24,000 nucleotides of DNA from Pallidibacillus pasinlerensis (GCF_009996845.1 NZ_JAACYS010000015.1:24474-48473), one strand, 5' to 3'. Positions 9,928 to 19,352 are shown, counted from the first letter of the stretch. Notes: generated from the sequence alone by a model not told the origin. Made by a program: numbers and translations.

Positions 9928-10368
9928 GTGAAAATGAGGAGATACGATTTGTATATTATAGATGAGCAATTTATAAACTATTATTACGGTCGGGAACGGA
10001 TTTTTTATAATTTATTTAAGGAATATAATGAAGCCAACCTTCCGTTGAAAAAATTACTTGCTAAACAAATCAATTATATAACAAAATCAATGCCAACCCT
10101 AAGACTTCATAAACGATTAAGTGAACAATTAAGTAAACATAAAGATTATTATATGAAAGATGGAGTATATTGTTTAGAAAGCGGGACAAGCTCAGCTCGT
10201 TTAATGATAGAAGATAGAAAATGTATCTTATATGCCACAGGGAATATTCATGCTGAAATGCTCTTTTTTGAAGTACTACGAAAAACGGATTTAAACTTTT
10301 TAGCTGTTGATATTAAAAACGAACGTTTTGGATGGATTAAGCCAATGAAAGAGAAGCATTATATATAA
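9928..10368 (+). CDS. sirA: Sporulation inhibitor of replication SirA (YneE-like)
   Basis: 146 aa; YDLYIIDEQFINYYYGRERIFYNLF...IQYIT-type region...AEMLFFEVLRKTDLNFLAVDIKNERFGWIKPMKEKHYI resembles SirA; next to yneF. Confidence 0.85.
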   Translation: MKMRRYDLYIIDEQFINYYYGRERIFYNLFKEYNEANLPLKKLLAKQINYITKSMPTLRLHKRLSEQLSKHKDYYMKDGVYCLESGTSSARLMIEDRKCILYATGNIHAEMLFFEVLRKTDLNFLAVDIKNERFGWIKPMKEKHYI

Positions 10369-10383
10369 GAGGGAATTGATCTT

Positions 10384-10415
10384 TTGGAATCAATTTTGAT
10401 TCCAATATTCTTTTC
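10384..10415 (+). terminator. Probable terminator after sirA
   Basis: TTGGAATCA-ATTT-TGATTCCAA followed by TATTCTTTTC. Confidence 0.6.
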
Positions 10416-10546
10416 TAAATCGAAATTTGTAAAATATACTTGATAAAAATGAAATAAAATGGAAAAATAGTTTATGTTGTCGTATTGTAAAAATTACATA
10501 CGTTTAGTAAACTGTTTTATAGACAACATGAAGGAGGATAAAAGTT

Positions 10547-10765
10547 ATGCCGTGGTGGGGATATTTACTAATTGTTATTGCGTTACTCGGTGGTATTGCC
10601 ATCGGATTTTTCTTAGCACGTAAATACATGATGGACTACTTAAAGAAAAATCCACCAATCAATGAACAAATGATCCGAGTTATGATGATGCAAATGGGTC
10701 AAAAACCATCCCAGAAGAAAATTAATCAAATGATGAATATGATTAATAAGCAACAACAAAAATAA
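10547..10765 (+). CDS. yneF: UPF0154 membrane protein YneF
   Basis: 72 aa; [59 protein letters not shown]. Confidence 0.93.
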   Translation: MPWWGYLLIVIALLGGIAIGFFLARKYMMDYLKKNPPINEQMIRVMMMQMGQKPSQKKINQMMNMINKQQQK

Positions 10766-10863
10766 TTACTAAATTTGTAACAACTATCTAAATCATAATT
10801 CATTATCCTAACATAGGGATAGCCTTATGTTTAATTGAATAAATGATTAGGTGAATAAAAAGC

Positions 10864-10923
10864 AAAATGATCACTTCATCCGTATTATGTTTACATAGTA
10901 GTCGGAAGGTGGTCATTTTTTTT
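10864..10923 (+). terminator. Terminator between yneF and the ABC transporter operon
   Basis: AAAATGATCACTTCATCCG...CGGAAGGTGGTCATTTTTTT: long imperfect stem followed by a T tract. Confidence 0.7.
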
Positions 10924-10954
10924 ACATAATTAAATAAAATAAAAATATGTTATT

Positions 10955-10983
10955 TTGTATTAACTATATGGGTTTGCTATAAA
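10955..10983 (+). promoter_or_regulatory. Candidate sigma-A promoter for the ABC transporter operon
   Basis: TTGTAT - 17 nt - TATAAA, located between the upstream terminator and bmrC. Confidence 0.5.
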
Positions 10984-11037
10984 TTTATAAATCTTTGCCA
11001 ATAATATAAAAATTTGGTAAACTAATATAGTTCGAGA

Positions 11038-11060
11038 ATCGAATAATTCGATATTTTTTT
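11038..11060 (+). terminator. Attenuator-like hairpin plus T7 immediately upstream of the ABC transporter RBS
   Basis: ATCGAA-TAA-TTCGAT-ATTTTTTT; overlapping alternative arm TTCGA at 11031-11035. Confidence 0.4.
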
Positions 11061-11082
11061 ATTGTTAGTTTGGAGGATGGAC

Positions 11083-12831
11083 ATGAAGGTCTTTCGAGAT
11101 TTAGCTTGGTTTTTCAAACAAGAGAAAAAAGCGTACTTATCTGGAATATTTATGTTATTTTTAGTTGCGATTTTACAACTTTTACCTCCCCGGGTAATTG
11201 GTATTGTCGCTGATGAAATCGGAGCTCGGACACTTACTTTGGGGAAACTAGGTTTATGGATTGCTGTTTTAATAGTTGCAGGATTACTTATGTATGTATT
11301 TCGCTACTATTGGCGAATTTATATTTTTGGTGCATCGGTAAAATTAGCAAGAATTCTAAGGACACGTCTTTATGAGCATTTTACAAAGATGTCTTCTCAT
11401 TTTTACCAAAGAAAGCGAATTGGAGACTTAATGGCTCATGCTACAAATGATATTCAAGCTATTCAACAAACAGCAGGATCCGGAGTTTTAACTTTAGTAG
11501 ATTCATTACTAACAGGTGGATTTGTCATTATCGCAATGGCTACGACCATTAGTTGGAAATTGACTTTGATTGCTCTTCTACCTATGCCAATCATTGCCCT
11601 TTTAACAAACTGGTACGGAACAAAATTACATGCTCGCTTTAAAAAGGCACAAGAGGCCTTTTCCTTTTTAAATGATAAAACCCAAGAAAGTATATCTGGA
11701 ATTAAAGTTATAAAAACCTTTGGCCAAGAAAAGGAAGATATAAATGACTTTAAAAAACTTTCCGATGAAGTCGTTGAAAAAAATATTGCCGTTGCTAAAG
11801 TAGATTCTTTATATGATCCTACAATATCGGCTTGTGTCGGTATATCTTTCTTTCTATCAATTGGTTTTGGCGCAAAGTTTGTTTTAGACGGTAGTATTAC
11901 GCTAGGGGATCTAATTGCTTTTAATACATATTTAGGTTTACTCATTTGGCCAATGCTTGCCTTTGGTTGGTTTTTCAATATTGTTGAACGTGGGAGTGCG
12001 TCATACGATCGGGTAAGTCGACTTTTAAATGAAAAAATTGACATAAAAGATCATGAACATGCCATTATTGAAAGTCCTAAAGGTAATATTGAAGTAAATA
12101 TTGCAAAATTCTGTTACCCGGATAATGAAAAGACAGTTTTAAAAAATATTAAGTTTACTTTAGGACAGGGGAAAACCCTAGGAATTGTTGGAAAAACAGG
12201 GGCAGGGAAAACAAGTTTATTAAAACTTCTGTTACGTGAATTTGAAGGTTATGAAGGTGAGATTCGAATTGGTGGCAAAGAAATAAAAGAGTATCGTTTA
12301 AATGCCTTAAGAAAAGCTTTTGGCTATGTACCACAAGAGCATTTTCTATTCTCTGCTAGTATCAAAGAGAATATTGCCTTTGCGAAGCCAGATGCATCGG
12401 AAGAGGAGATCCATTTAGCTGCTAAAATCGCGGCAGTCCATGATGATATTTTAGGCTTTGCAGAAGGTTATGATACGGTTGTTGGTGAGCGTGGTGTAAG
12501 TTTATCTGGAGGACAAAAACAGCGAATTTCAATTGCTCGAGCAATTCTATTAAACCCTGAAATATTAATTTTAGATGACTCGTTATCTGCCGTTGATGCG
12601 AAAACAGAGGAAACAATACTTGCTTCTCTGAAAGAAAATCGTCAAGGGAAAACGACGATCATTACTGCTCACAGACTTAGTGCCATTCAGCATGCAGATT
12701 TAATCATCGTTTTAGATGAGGGGAAAATTGCCCAACAAGGTGTGCATAAAACATTGATGAAGGAAGATGGTTGGTATAAAGATATGTATCTTCATCAACA
12801 ACTTGAGGCACTTGTAGAACATGGAGGGTAA
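11083..12831 (+). CDS. bmrC: ABC exporter half-transporter, BmrC/YheI-like (non-canonical ATPase site)
   Basis: ABC exporter TM domain plus NBD: GKTGAGKTS, LSGGQKQR, Walker B ILILDDSLSAVD with Asp in place of the catalytic Glu. The ATG at 11083 has TGGAGGA upstream. Confidence 0.8.
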   Translation: MKVFRDLAWFFKQEKKAYLSGIFMLFLVAILQLLPPRVIGIVADEIGARTLTLGKLGLWIAVLIVAGLLMYVFRYYWRIYIFGASVKLARILRTRLYEHFTKMSSHFYQRKRIGDLMAHATNDIQAIQQTAGSGVLTLVDSLLTGGFVIIAMATTISWKLTLIALLPMPIIALLTNWYGTKLHARFKKAQEAFSFLNDKTQESISGIKVIKTFGQEKEDINDFKKLSDEVVEKNIAVAKVDSLYDPTISACVGISFFLSIGFGAKFVLDGSITLGDLIAFNTYLGLLIWPMLAFGWFFNIVERGSASYDRVSRLLNEKIDIKDHEHAIIESPKGNIEVNIAKFCYPDNEKTVLKNIKFTLGQGKTLGIVGKTGAGKTSLLKLLLREFEGYEGEIRIGGKEIKEYRLNALRKAFGYVPQEHFLFSASIKENIAFAKPDASEEEIHLAAKIAAVHDDILGFAEGYDTVVGERGVSLSGGQKQRISIARAILLNPEILILDDSLSAVDAKTEETILASLKENRQGKTTIITAHRLSAIQHADLIIVLDEGKIAQQGVHKTLMKEDGWYKDMYLHQQLEALVEHGG

Positions 12832-12837
12832 TTATAG

Positions 12838-14640
12838 ATGGATGAAATTAGAGTTCTTAGTTCGAAAGAGCAAAGAAAGGTTATGTTTCGCTTAATTAAA
12901 TATGCGAAACCACATATTAAACCAATTATCTTTGCCTTTCTCTTATTATGTTTAGTTACGGTTGGAGAAGTAACTGGCCCAATTTTAATTAAAATTTTTA
13001 TTGATGACTATATAGCAAAAAATAATATTGTAGCAGGACCAATCATTACTTTAGCAGTAATTTATCTGTTTATACAAATAGCAAACGCTTTTTTAATGTA
13101 TTTACAGTCATTAAAATTTCAAGAAATAGCGTTAAAAATTATCCAACAACTGCGGATTGATGTTTTTTCAAAGGTTCAAGCTTTAGGTTTACGGTATTTT
13201 GATAAAACACCTGTTGGAACAATCGTTTCCCGTGTAACGAATGATACGGAAGCAATAAAAGAAATGTTTGTTAGTGTCCTAGCAATCTTTATTCAAAGCT
13301 TTTTCCTATTCATTGGTATTTTTGCTGCGATGTTCATTCTTGATGTTAAATTAGCAGCTCTTTGTTTACTTTTTTTACCTGTCTTAATTTGGATAATTCA
13401 TATGTATCGGAAATTAAGTTCTAAATCTTTCTCAGCATTAAGAGAACTGATTGGACAATTAAATGCGAAGTTAAATGAGTCATTACAAGGTATGTCGATT
13501 ATTCAAGTTTTTCGCCAAGAACAGCGGATGAGTAAAGAATTTAATGATCTTAATAGTCGCCATTATGATGCAGGGATTCACAATATTAAAATTAACGGGT
13601 TATTACTTCGTCCTGCCGTTGATTTAGTACATATTGTAGCAATCATCATTGTGTTAAGCTTTTTTGGAATTACTTCTATGGAAACGACAATTGAAATTGG
13701 AGTTTTATATGCTTTTGTAAACTATATTTCTCGATTTTTTGAACCAGTAAACCAAGTGATGCAGCAATTAACATTTTTCCAACAAGCAATTGTTTCTTCT
13801 GCAAGGGTGTTTAAATTATTAGATGAAAAAGAATTAGCACCCCAACAAAAAAATGATCCACAAGCAGTTATTCAAGATGGAAAAATTGAATTTCGTAATG
13901 TAACTTTTTCCTATGACGGAAAGCAAGATGTTTTGAAAAATATTACTTTTACTGCTAATCCTGGAGAAACCGTTGCATTAGTTGGTCATACTGGAAGTGG
14001 AAAAAGTTCGATTATCAACATATTGATGAGATTTTATGAGTTTGAACATGGAGATATTTTAATTGATGGTAAGTCTATTAAAGATTATGATATTAATGAA
14101 TTGAGAGACAATATGGGACTCGTCTTACAGGATTCATTCCTGTTTTATGGAACAATTAAAGACAATATAAGACTTCATAATTTAAATATTTCCGATGAAG
14201 ATATTAAAGAAGCAGCTAAGTTCGTGCAAGCTGATAAATTTATTGAAAAGCTGCCAGATGGATATAATCAACAAGTGACCGAAAGAGGATCGACTTTCTC
14301 TAGTGGTCAGCGTCAATTATTAGCATTTGCTCGAACGATGGCAACAAATCCAAAAATATTAATTTTAGACGAAGCAACTGCAAATATTGATACGGAAACA
14401 GAAGAGATGATTCAACAAGCTCTTGAAAAAATGAGGGAGGGTAGAACAACAATTGTAATCGCCCACCGATTATCAACGATTCAAGATGCTGATTTAATTC
14501 TCGTCTTACATAAAGGGGAAATTGTTGAGCGAGGAAATCACCAACAATTACTTGCTGAAAAAGGTTTATATTATAAAATGTATTTATTACAAAATGGTTT
14601 GGCGGAAAATATTGCTGAAGTTGTTCAACATAAGGTGTAA
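12838..14640 (+). CDS. bmrD: ABC exporter half-transporter, BmrD/YheH-like (canonical catalytic Glu)
   Basis: GHTGSGKSS, divergent signature FSSGQRQL, Walker B ILILDEATANID; separated from the partner by 6 bp. Confidence 0.8.
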   Translation: MDEIRVLSSKEQRKVMFRLIKYAKPHIKPIIFAFLLLCLVTVGEVTGPILIKIFIDDYIAKNNIVAGPIITLAVIYLFIQIANAFLMYLQSLKFQEIALKIIQQLRIDVFSKVQALGLRYFDKTPVGTIVSRVTNDTEAIKEMFVSVLAIFIQSFFLFIGIFAAMFILDVKLAALCLLFLPVLIWIIHMYRKLSSKSFSALRELIGQLNAKLNESLQGMSIIQVFRQEQRMSKEFNDLNSRHYDAGIHNIKINGLLLRPAVDLVHIVAIIIVLSFFGITSMETTIEIGVLYAFVNYISRFFEPVNQVMQQLTFFQQAIVSSARVFKLLDEKELAPQQKNDPQAVIQDGKIEFRNVTFSYDGKQDVLKNITFTANPGETVALVGHTGSGKSSIINILMRFYEFEHGDILIDGKSIKDYDINELRDNMGLVLQDSFLFYGTIKDNIRLHNLNISDEDIKEAAKFVQADKFIEKLPDGYNQQVTERGSTFSSGQRQLLAFARTMATNPKILILDEATANIDTETEEMIQQALEKMREGRTTIVIAHRLSTIQDADLILVLHKGEIVERGNHQQLLAEKGLYYKMYLLQNGLAENIAEVVQHKV

Positions 14641-14806
14641 ATCCGTTTGGATAGCTAGTACATTATAAAGTAAAACAAGTGTTATATTTTAAATTAATTT
14701 GGTACAATAAAATCAATAATTACTAATTCTGAATTTCTAACTTATTTTTTCATAAATTTCCAGATCAGTCAGCATGAATAAAAAAGCCTTATTAGGAGGT
14801 ATTTTG

Positions 14807-15514
14807 TTGACGGATATTAATATATATTTAGCATTTGGTGCTGGCGTTTTAAGTTTTATTTCACCTTGTGTGCTACCGATTTATCCAGCCTTTTTGTCTT
14901 ATATTACAGGGATGAGTATCGGGGAATTGAAAGAGGAGAATATTCAACTTAAACGAAGAAGCTTATTACATACTATTTCATTTCTTTTAGGTTTTTCAAT
15001 AGTTTTTGTAGTATTAGGTTTAAGTACTACTTATGTATATAGCCTGTTTGTCCAAAATATGGATCTCATCAGACAAATAGGTGCCATTTTTATTATTTTA
15101 TTCGGGTTAATTACAGCAGGTATATTTACCCCAAGTTTATTAATGAGAGAAAAACGGTTTGAATTTAAAAATAAACCATCTGGTTATTTTGGTTCTGCAC
15201 TAGTTGGTTTAACATTTGCAGCCGGTTGGACACCGTGTATGGGTCCTATTTTAGGTGCAGTTATTGCCTTATCAGCCTCATATCCTACTGCTGGGTTTGT
15301 TTATATGACAGCCTATGTGTTAGGATTTGCCATCCCTTTTTTAGTAATGTCGTTTTTTATCGGAAAATTGTCATGGATCCGCAAACATAATGTATTAATG
15401 ATGAAAATTGGCGGATATTTAATGATTGCGACCGGTATTCTATTATTCTTTGATTTAATGAACGTCTTTATCAGCTGGTTAACAGTTCTTTCCGGTGGAT
15501 TTCAAGGATTTTGA
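14807..15514 (+). CDS. ccdA: Cytochrome c biogenesis protein CcdA (TTG start preferred)
   Basis: GAGVLSFISPCVLPIYPAFLSYITG and FAAGWTPCMGPILGAV (DsbD/CcdA paired-cysteine motifs); AGGAGGT at 14793-14799. Confidence 0.93.
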   Translation: MTDINIYLAFGAGVLSFISPCVLPIYPAFLSYITGMSIGELKEENIQLKRRSLLHTISFLLGFSIVFVVLGLSTTYVYSLFVQNMDLIRQIGAIFIILFGLITAGIFTPSLLMREKRFEFKNKPSGYFGSALVGLTFAAGWTPCMGPILGAVIALSASYPTAGFVYMTAYVLGFAIPFLVMSFFIGKLSWIRKHNVLMMKIGGYLMIATGILLFFDLMNVFISWLTVLSGGFQGF

Positions 15515-15537
15515 GCTTTCTAGAGGAGGATATTATC

Positions 15538-15900
15538 GTGGGAAATGTTTTAGTAGTTGATGATGCAAAGTTTTTACGATTGACCATTGCAAAAGCGATT
15601 GAAAAAACGGAACATAAAGTTATTGGAGAGGCTGAAAACGGAAAAGAAGCAGTGTTAAAGTATTTAGAATTAAAGCCTGATTTAGTAATTATGGATATTA
15701 CAATGCCGGATATGAACGGGATAGAGGCAGTTAAACAAATAAAGCAAAACGATCCAAATGCGAAAATTATTATGTGTTCTGCTATGGGGCAACATAAAAT
15801 GGTTGTTGATGCAATAGAAGCTGGAGCGAAAGATTTTATTGTGAAACCATTTGATGAAGGACGACTGATTGAAGCGATAGAAAAAAATATAGAAGACTAA
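15538..15900 (+). CDS. yneI: CheY-like response regulator YneI (GTG start preferred)
   Basis: VLVVDDAKFLR...LVIMDITMPDMNG...IIMCSAMGQ...GAKDFIVKPF; receiver domain only; adjacent to ccdA. Confidence 0.85.
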   Translation: MGNVLVVDDAKFLRLTIAKAIEKTEHKVIGEAENGKEAVLKYLELKPDLVIMDITMPDMNGIEAVKQIKQNDPNAKIIMCSAMGQHKMVVDAIEAGAKDFIVKPFDEGRLIEAIEKNIED

Positions 15901-15906
15901 ATAAAT

Positions 15907-15949
15907 GAGGTTATCCTAAAATGATAGTTTAAAGGATAACCTCTTTTTT
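15907..15949. terminator. Terminator between yneI and convergent yneK
   Basis: GAGGTTATCCT...AGGATAACCTC followed by T7. Confidence 0.9.
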
Positions 15950-16376
15950 ATTGAAAGAGATGTTCATATTGGTCGATATTTATATTCATTTCATGAAGTT
16001 TTTTTCTTAAAAATTTATGATCACGTTTAGGTGTGGCAATTATATATCCTTTTATAATAATATCATTTGTAATTTTAGCTGCTTTCTCTTTTAAGGCAAT
16101 TTCCCCGATTTTCCCTTGAATTTTTTGACGGGCAACATCACGAAACGGTTTCGGTACAGGTGACACTAACTCTTCTAGCAAAGAAAGTGTATTCCTATCC
16201 CATAGATCTTTCGTTTTTTCAACATAATAAATTTCCCAATCTAAATCCGATTTACCGTCTTTTTTCGGAAGGCTTTTTAAAAATTTTCGAAACATAAAAA
16301 AGCCACCGATTCCAAGTAAGGTTGGAAGTAAAATTATCCATAAAAGGATAAACCATTGAAACCATTCGTCCAGCAT
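15948..16376 (-). CDS. yneK: DUF2621 family protein, YneK-like
   Basis: 142 aa; N-terminal TM helix, then WEIYYVEKTKDLWDRNTLSLLEELVSPVPKPFRDVARQKIQGKIGEIALKE; synteny with ccdA/yneI. Confidence 0.75.
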   Translation of the reverse strand: MLDEWFQWFILLWIILLPTLLGIGGFFMFRKFLKSLPKKDGKSDLDWEIYYVEKTKDLWDRNTLSLLEELVSPVPKPFRDVARQKIQGKIGEIALKEKAAKITNDIIIKGYIIATPKRDHKFLRKKLHEMNINIDQYEHLFQ

Positions 16377-16573
16377 AAAATCCCCCCTAAACTAAAATCC
16401 AATCGAAATAAATATAATTTTAAAAATATTCAAATCCATTATATCAAATATTAATATTTTGGAAAATAATCTAGTCAACTATGTGTTTTTTCTAGTTTTT
16501 TGATAGAAGCATATTATTATAAAAATTGTTTTATGGGTGTTACGATTAAAGAAAAAAATGAGGAGGTGCGATT

Positions 16574-17387
16574 TTGGTAAATAAAATTGGCCTAGATGCA
16601 GGTGGAACATTATTAAAAATGGTTTATTACGAATCTGGACATATGCATTATAAAAAGTATCAAATTTCCGAGATGGAAAAGCTAACAAACTGGTTAAACA
16701 TTGTTCATAGACAAGGAACAGTTTTTATTACTGGTGGTAGGGCGAAACTTTTACAAGAAAAATTAATGCTAAGGTCTTTTCTCGTCAATGAATTCCAAGC
16801 AATTGTTGAAGGCTCAAAAAGACTATTAGAAGAAGAAAAGGGTATAATGAATGAGGGATATATTTTAATAAATATCGGTACTGGAACTTCGATTTTTCAT
16901 GTATCACCGAATCATTTTGAACGAATAACGGGAACCGGAATGGGTGGCGGGACATTTATCGGTTTAGGTACACTTTTAGCAAAAAATAGCAATTATTCAT
17001 TTTTAATCGATCAAGCTAATAAAGGTGACCGCTCAAAAATCGACTTACTTGTAAAAGATATTTACACGAAGGATCAACCTCCACTTATTGGTGACTTAAC
17101 AGCTGCTAATTTTGGGAAAGTAAATAAAAATGGAGATTTTCCGAATAGAGGACCAATTGGCAGGGCTTATCCAGATGATTGCAGAAAATATTATGTTACT
17201 CGCCATTGAAGCGGCAAAACAAAAAAACGTGAAAAAGATTGTTTTTATCGGTGGTATGTTAGAAGGAAATAAATTGTTAACACAAAATTTGGAGCGGTTT
17301 ACGCCTTTAATGAGTCTTGAACCAATATTTTTATCAAATGGCATCTATACCGGTGCAATTGGTGCATTAAATAGTAACATTGACTAA
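16574..17387 (+). pseudogene. coaW: Type II pantothenate kinase with apparent +1 frameshift near 17126-17130
   Basis: Frame 1: IGLDAGGTLLKMVYY...ILINIGTGTSI...GTGMGGGTFIGLG...LTAANFGKVNK. Homology continues in another frame: IEDQLAGLIQMIAENIMLLAIEAAKQ...IVFIGGMLEGN...NGIYTGAIGA. Removing one A from the A5 run restores 270 aa. Confidence 0.8.
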
Positions 17388-17486
17388 CCATTAGGTATTC
17401 ACCTATTTATTCAACTCCCCATATAATTTAAAAGGGACTTTTTTAACAAGAGCAGAACATCTTTTCATCCTTTAAGGAGTGGTATT

Positions 17487-18581
17487 TTGAAAAAGGAAAT
17501 CCGTTACTTTGCCGGTGGTAATACAGCAAAAGGTTTTGTTGAATTTTTTGATTCGAATTTTCAAGATTTAGAGCGTTTATATATTTTAAAAGGGGGACCA
17601 GGTACAGGTAAGTCATCCTTAATTAAATCAATTGGTAACGAATGGGGAGAAAAAGGTTATTTTATCGAATGGATTCATTGTTCATCAGATCCTGACTCAA
17701 TCGATGCCATTATTTTACCTGAGTTAAAAGTCGGTATCGTTGATGGTACTAATCCCCATGTAATAGAACCGAAATATCCTGGTGTTGTAGATGATTATGT
17801 TAACTTAGGAATTGCTTGGGATCGAAACGAATTATTAGATCAAAAAGATGAAATTATTTCTCTTACAAATCAGGTGAAGGAAGGATTCAAAAAGGCTTAT
17901 GATAGTTTTGCCCAAGGTTTAGCTTTACATGATGAATTAGAGAAAATTTTTATTAATGAAATGGACTTTGATAAAGCAAATCAACTAGCAGAACATTGGA
18001 TTCAAAAATTAATCCTGAATGAGCAAAGGAGTTCGATAGGAAGCAGTAAAATATATAAACGATTTTTAGGTGCTACAACCCCAATTGGGCCTGTTGACTT
18101 TGTAGAAAACATAACTGAAGACTTAAATCGTTATTTCATTAAAGGAAGAGCGGGTAGTGGGAAATCCACAATGTTAAAAAAGATAGCGAAAGCCGCTAAT
18201 GAAAAGGGGTATGACGTGGAGGTTTATCATTGTGGCTTTGACCCTAATAGTCTAGATATGGTTGTTGTACGTGAATTGAATTTTTCCATTTTTGATAGCA
18301 CTGCTCCCCATGAATATTATCCGACGAAAGAATCGGATACAATTATTGATTTATATGAGTTGTTAATAACCCCGGGAACGGATGAAAAATATGCAAGTGA
18401 TATCAAGGACGCGACAGATAAATATAAAAGCAAATTGAAGGAAGGTATTCAACATTTAGCGAAAACGAAAGAAATTCGTGATCAACTGGAGCAAATTTAT
18501 ATTAAAGCAATGGACTTTAGTATTGTTGATAAAATTCGTGATCAAATTAACGAAGAAATGAAATCTATGATAAAAAAATAA
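17487..18581 (+). CDS. Uncharacterised ATPase with two tandem homologous P-loop halves (PRK06851-like family from memory)
   Basis: Walker A GGPGTGKS (17592-17615) and GRAGSGKS (18144-18167), each followed by similar HC-x-x-DP-x-S-x-D...EL motifs. TTG start with AAGGAG upstream. Confidence 0.75.
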   Translation: MKKEIRYFAGGNTAKGFVEFFDSNFQDLERLYILKGGPGTGKSSLIKSIGNEWGEKGYFIEWIHCSSDPDSIDAIILPELKVGIVDGTNPHVIEPKYPGVVDDYVNLGIAWDRNELLDQKDEIISLTNQVKEGFKKAYDSFAQGLALHDELEKIFINEMDFDKANQLAEHWIQKLILNEQRSSIGSSKIYKRFLGATTPIGPVDFVENITEDLNRYFIKGRAGSGKSTMLKKIAKAANEKGYDVEVYHCGFDPNSLDMVVVRELNFSIFDSTAPHEYYPTKESDTIIDLYELLITPGTDEKYASDIKDATDKYKSKLKEGIQHLAKTKEIRDQLEQIYIKAMDFSIVDKIRDQINEEMKSMIKK

Positions 18582-18794
18582 ACCTAATATTTACTTTATA
18601 TCTTCATTTTGAATAAAAATTTAATAAAAATTTCAGGGGCTAATGCAAGCCTCTTTATTTATTTTATAAAGTTTAATATTATTTTATTAAGTTAGTTTTT
18701 TTCACACATTAATGATAATTTTTATTAATAATTCACATAGGGCTAAAATTGGAATTATATAATATATTTATAGATGAAATTGGGAGGAATTAGT

Positions 18795-19337
18795 TTGAAA
18801 ACATCACTTTCAAAAGAGATTGGTTCATGGATTAAAGCAATAGCAATTGCGTTTATCATCGTATTTATATGTAGAAAATATTTATTTACAGCTACAACCG
18901 TTTATGGAGAATCGATGGAACCAACTTTTTCTGAATTTGATCGGATTATTGTAGGAAAACATACGAGTATTGAACGGTTTGATATTATTGTATTTCAATC
19001 ACCAGACTCTGACGAATATTATATTAAAAGAGTTATTGGCCTCCCAGGTGATCATATTGAAATGAAGGATAATATTTTATATATAAACGGTAAAAAGCAT
19101 CTCGAACCATATTTAATGAATGAAAATGTACAACAATTTCGAAATGCTACAGGTGATTTTACATTGCAAGAACTGACAGGTAAAGACGTTGTGCCGGAAG
19201 AAACTTTATTTGTTTTAGGAGACAATCGATTAAACAGTTATGACAGTCGTTTTTTTGGATTTGTTCCATTTAATACTGTTTTAGGTGAAGTTAAATTCCG
19301 TTACTATCCACTTGAAGAAATCGGGATGCCAAAATAA
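18795..19337 (+). CDS. Type I signal peptidase (TTG start preferred)
   Basis: N-terminal TM helix, GESMEPTF (catalytic Ser), YYIKRVIGLPGD (catalytic Lys), VLGDNRLNSYDSRFFGFVP; GGGAGG upstream of TTG 18795. Confidence 0.92.
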   Translation: MKTSLSKEIGSWIKAIAIAFIIVFICRKYLFTATTVYGESMEPTFSEFDRIIVGKHTSIERFDIIVFQSPDSDEYYIKRVIGLPGDHIEMKDNILYINGKKHLEPYLMNENVQQFRNATGDFTLQELTGKDVVPEETLFVLGDNRLNSYDSRFFGFVPFNTVLGEVKFRYYPLEEIGMPK

Positions 19338-19352
19338 AGTTAGTTTACATGT

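Noticed and set aside
10947-10982. 11-codon ORF (MLFCINYMGLL) as a BmrB-like leader peptide
   Set aside because: No RBS, and it overlaps the candidate -35/-10 elements, so it probably precedes the transcription start.
11463-12044. 193-aa minus-strand ORF inside bmrC
   Set aside because: Antisense to a well-supported ABC transporter gene with no recognisable motifs and no clear RBS. The same reasoning applies to the minus-strand ORFs at 319, 1774, 2860, 4075, 6486, 9167, 12422, 17096, 19632, 23017 and 23395.
16479-16688. 69-aa minus-strand ORF overlapping the start of coaW
   Set aside because: AT-rich compositional ORF overlapping a confident gene; no domain signature.
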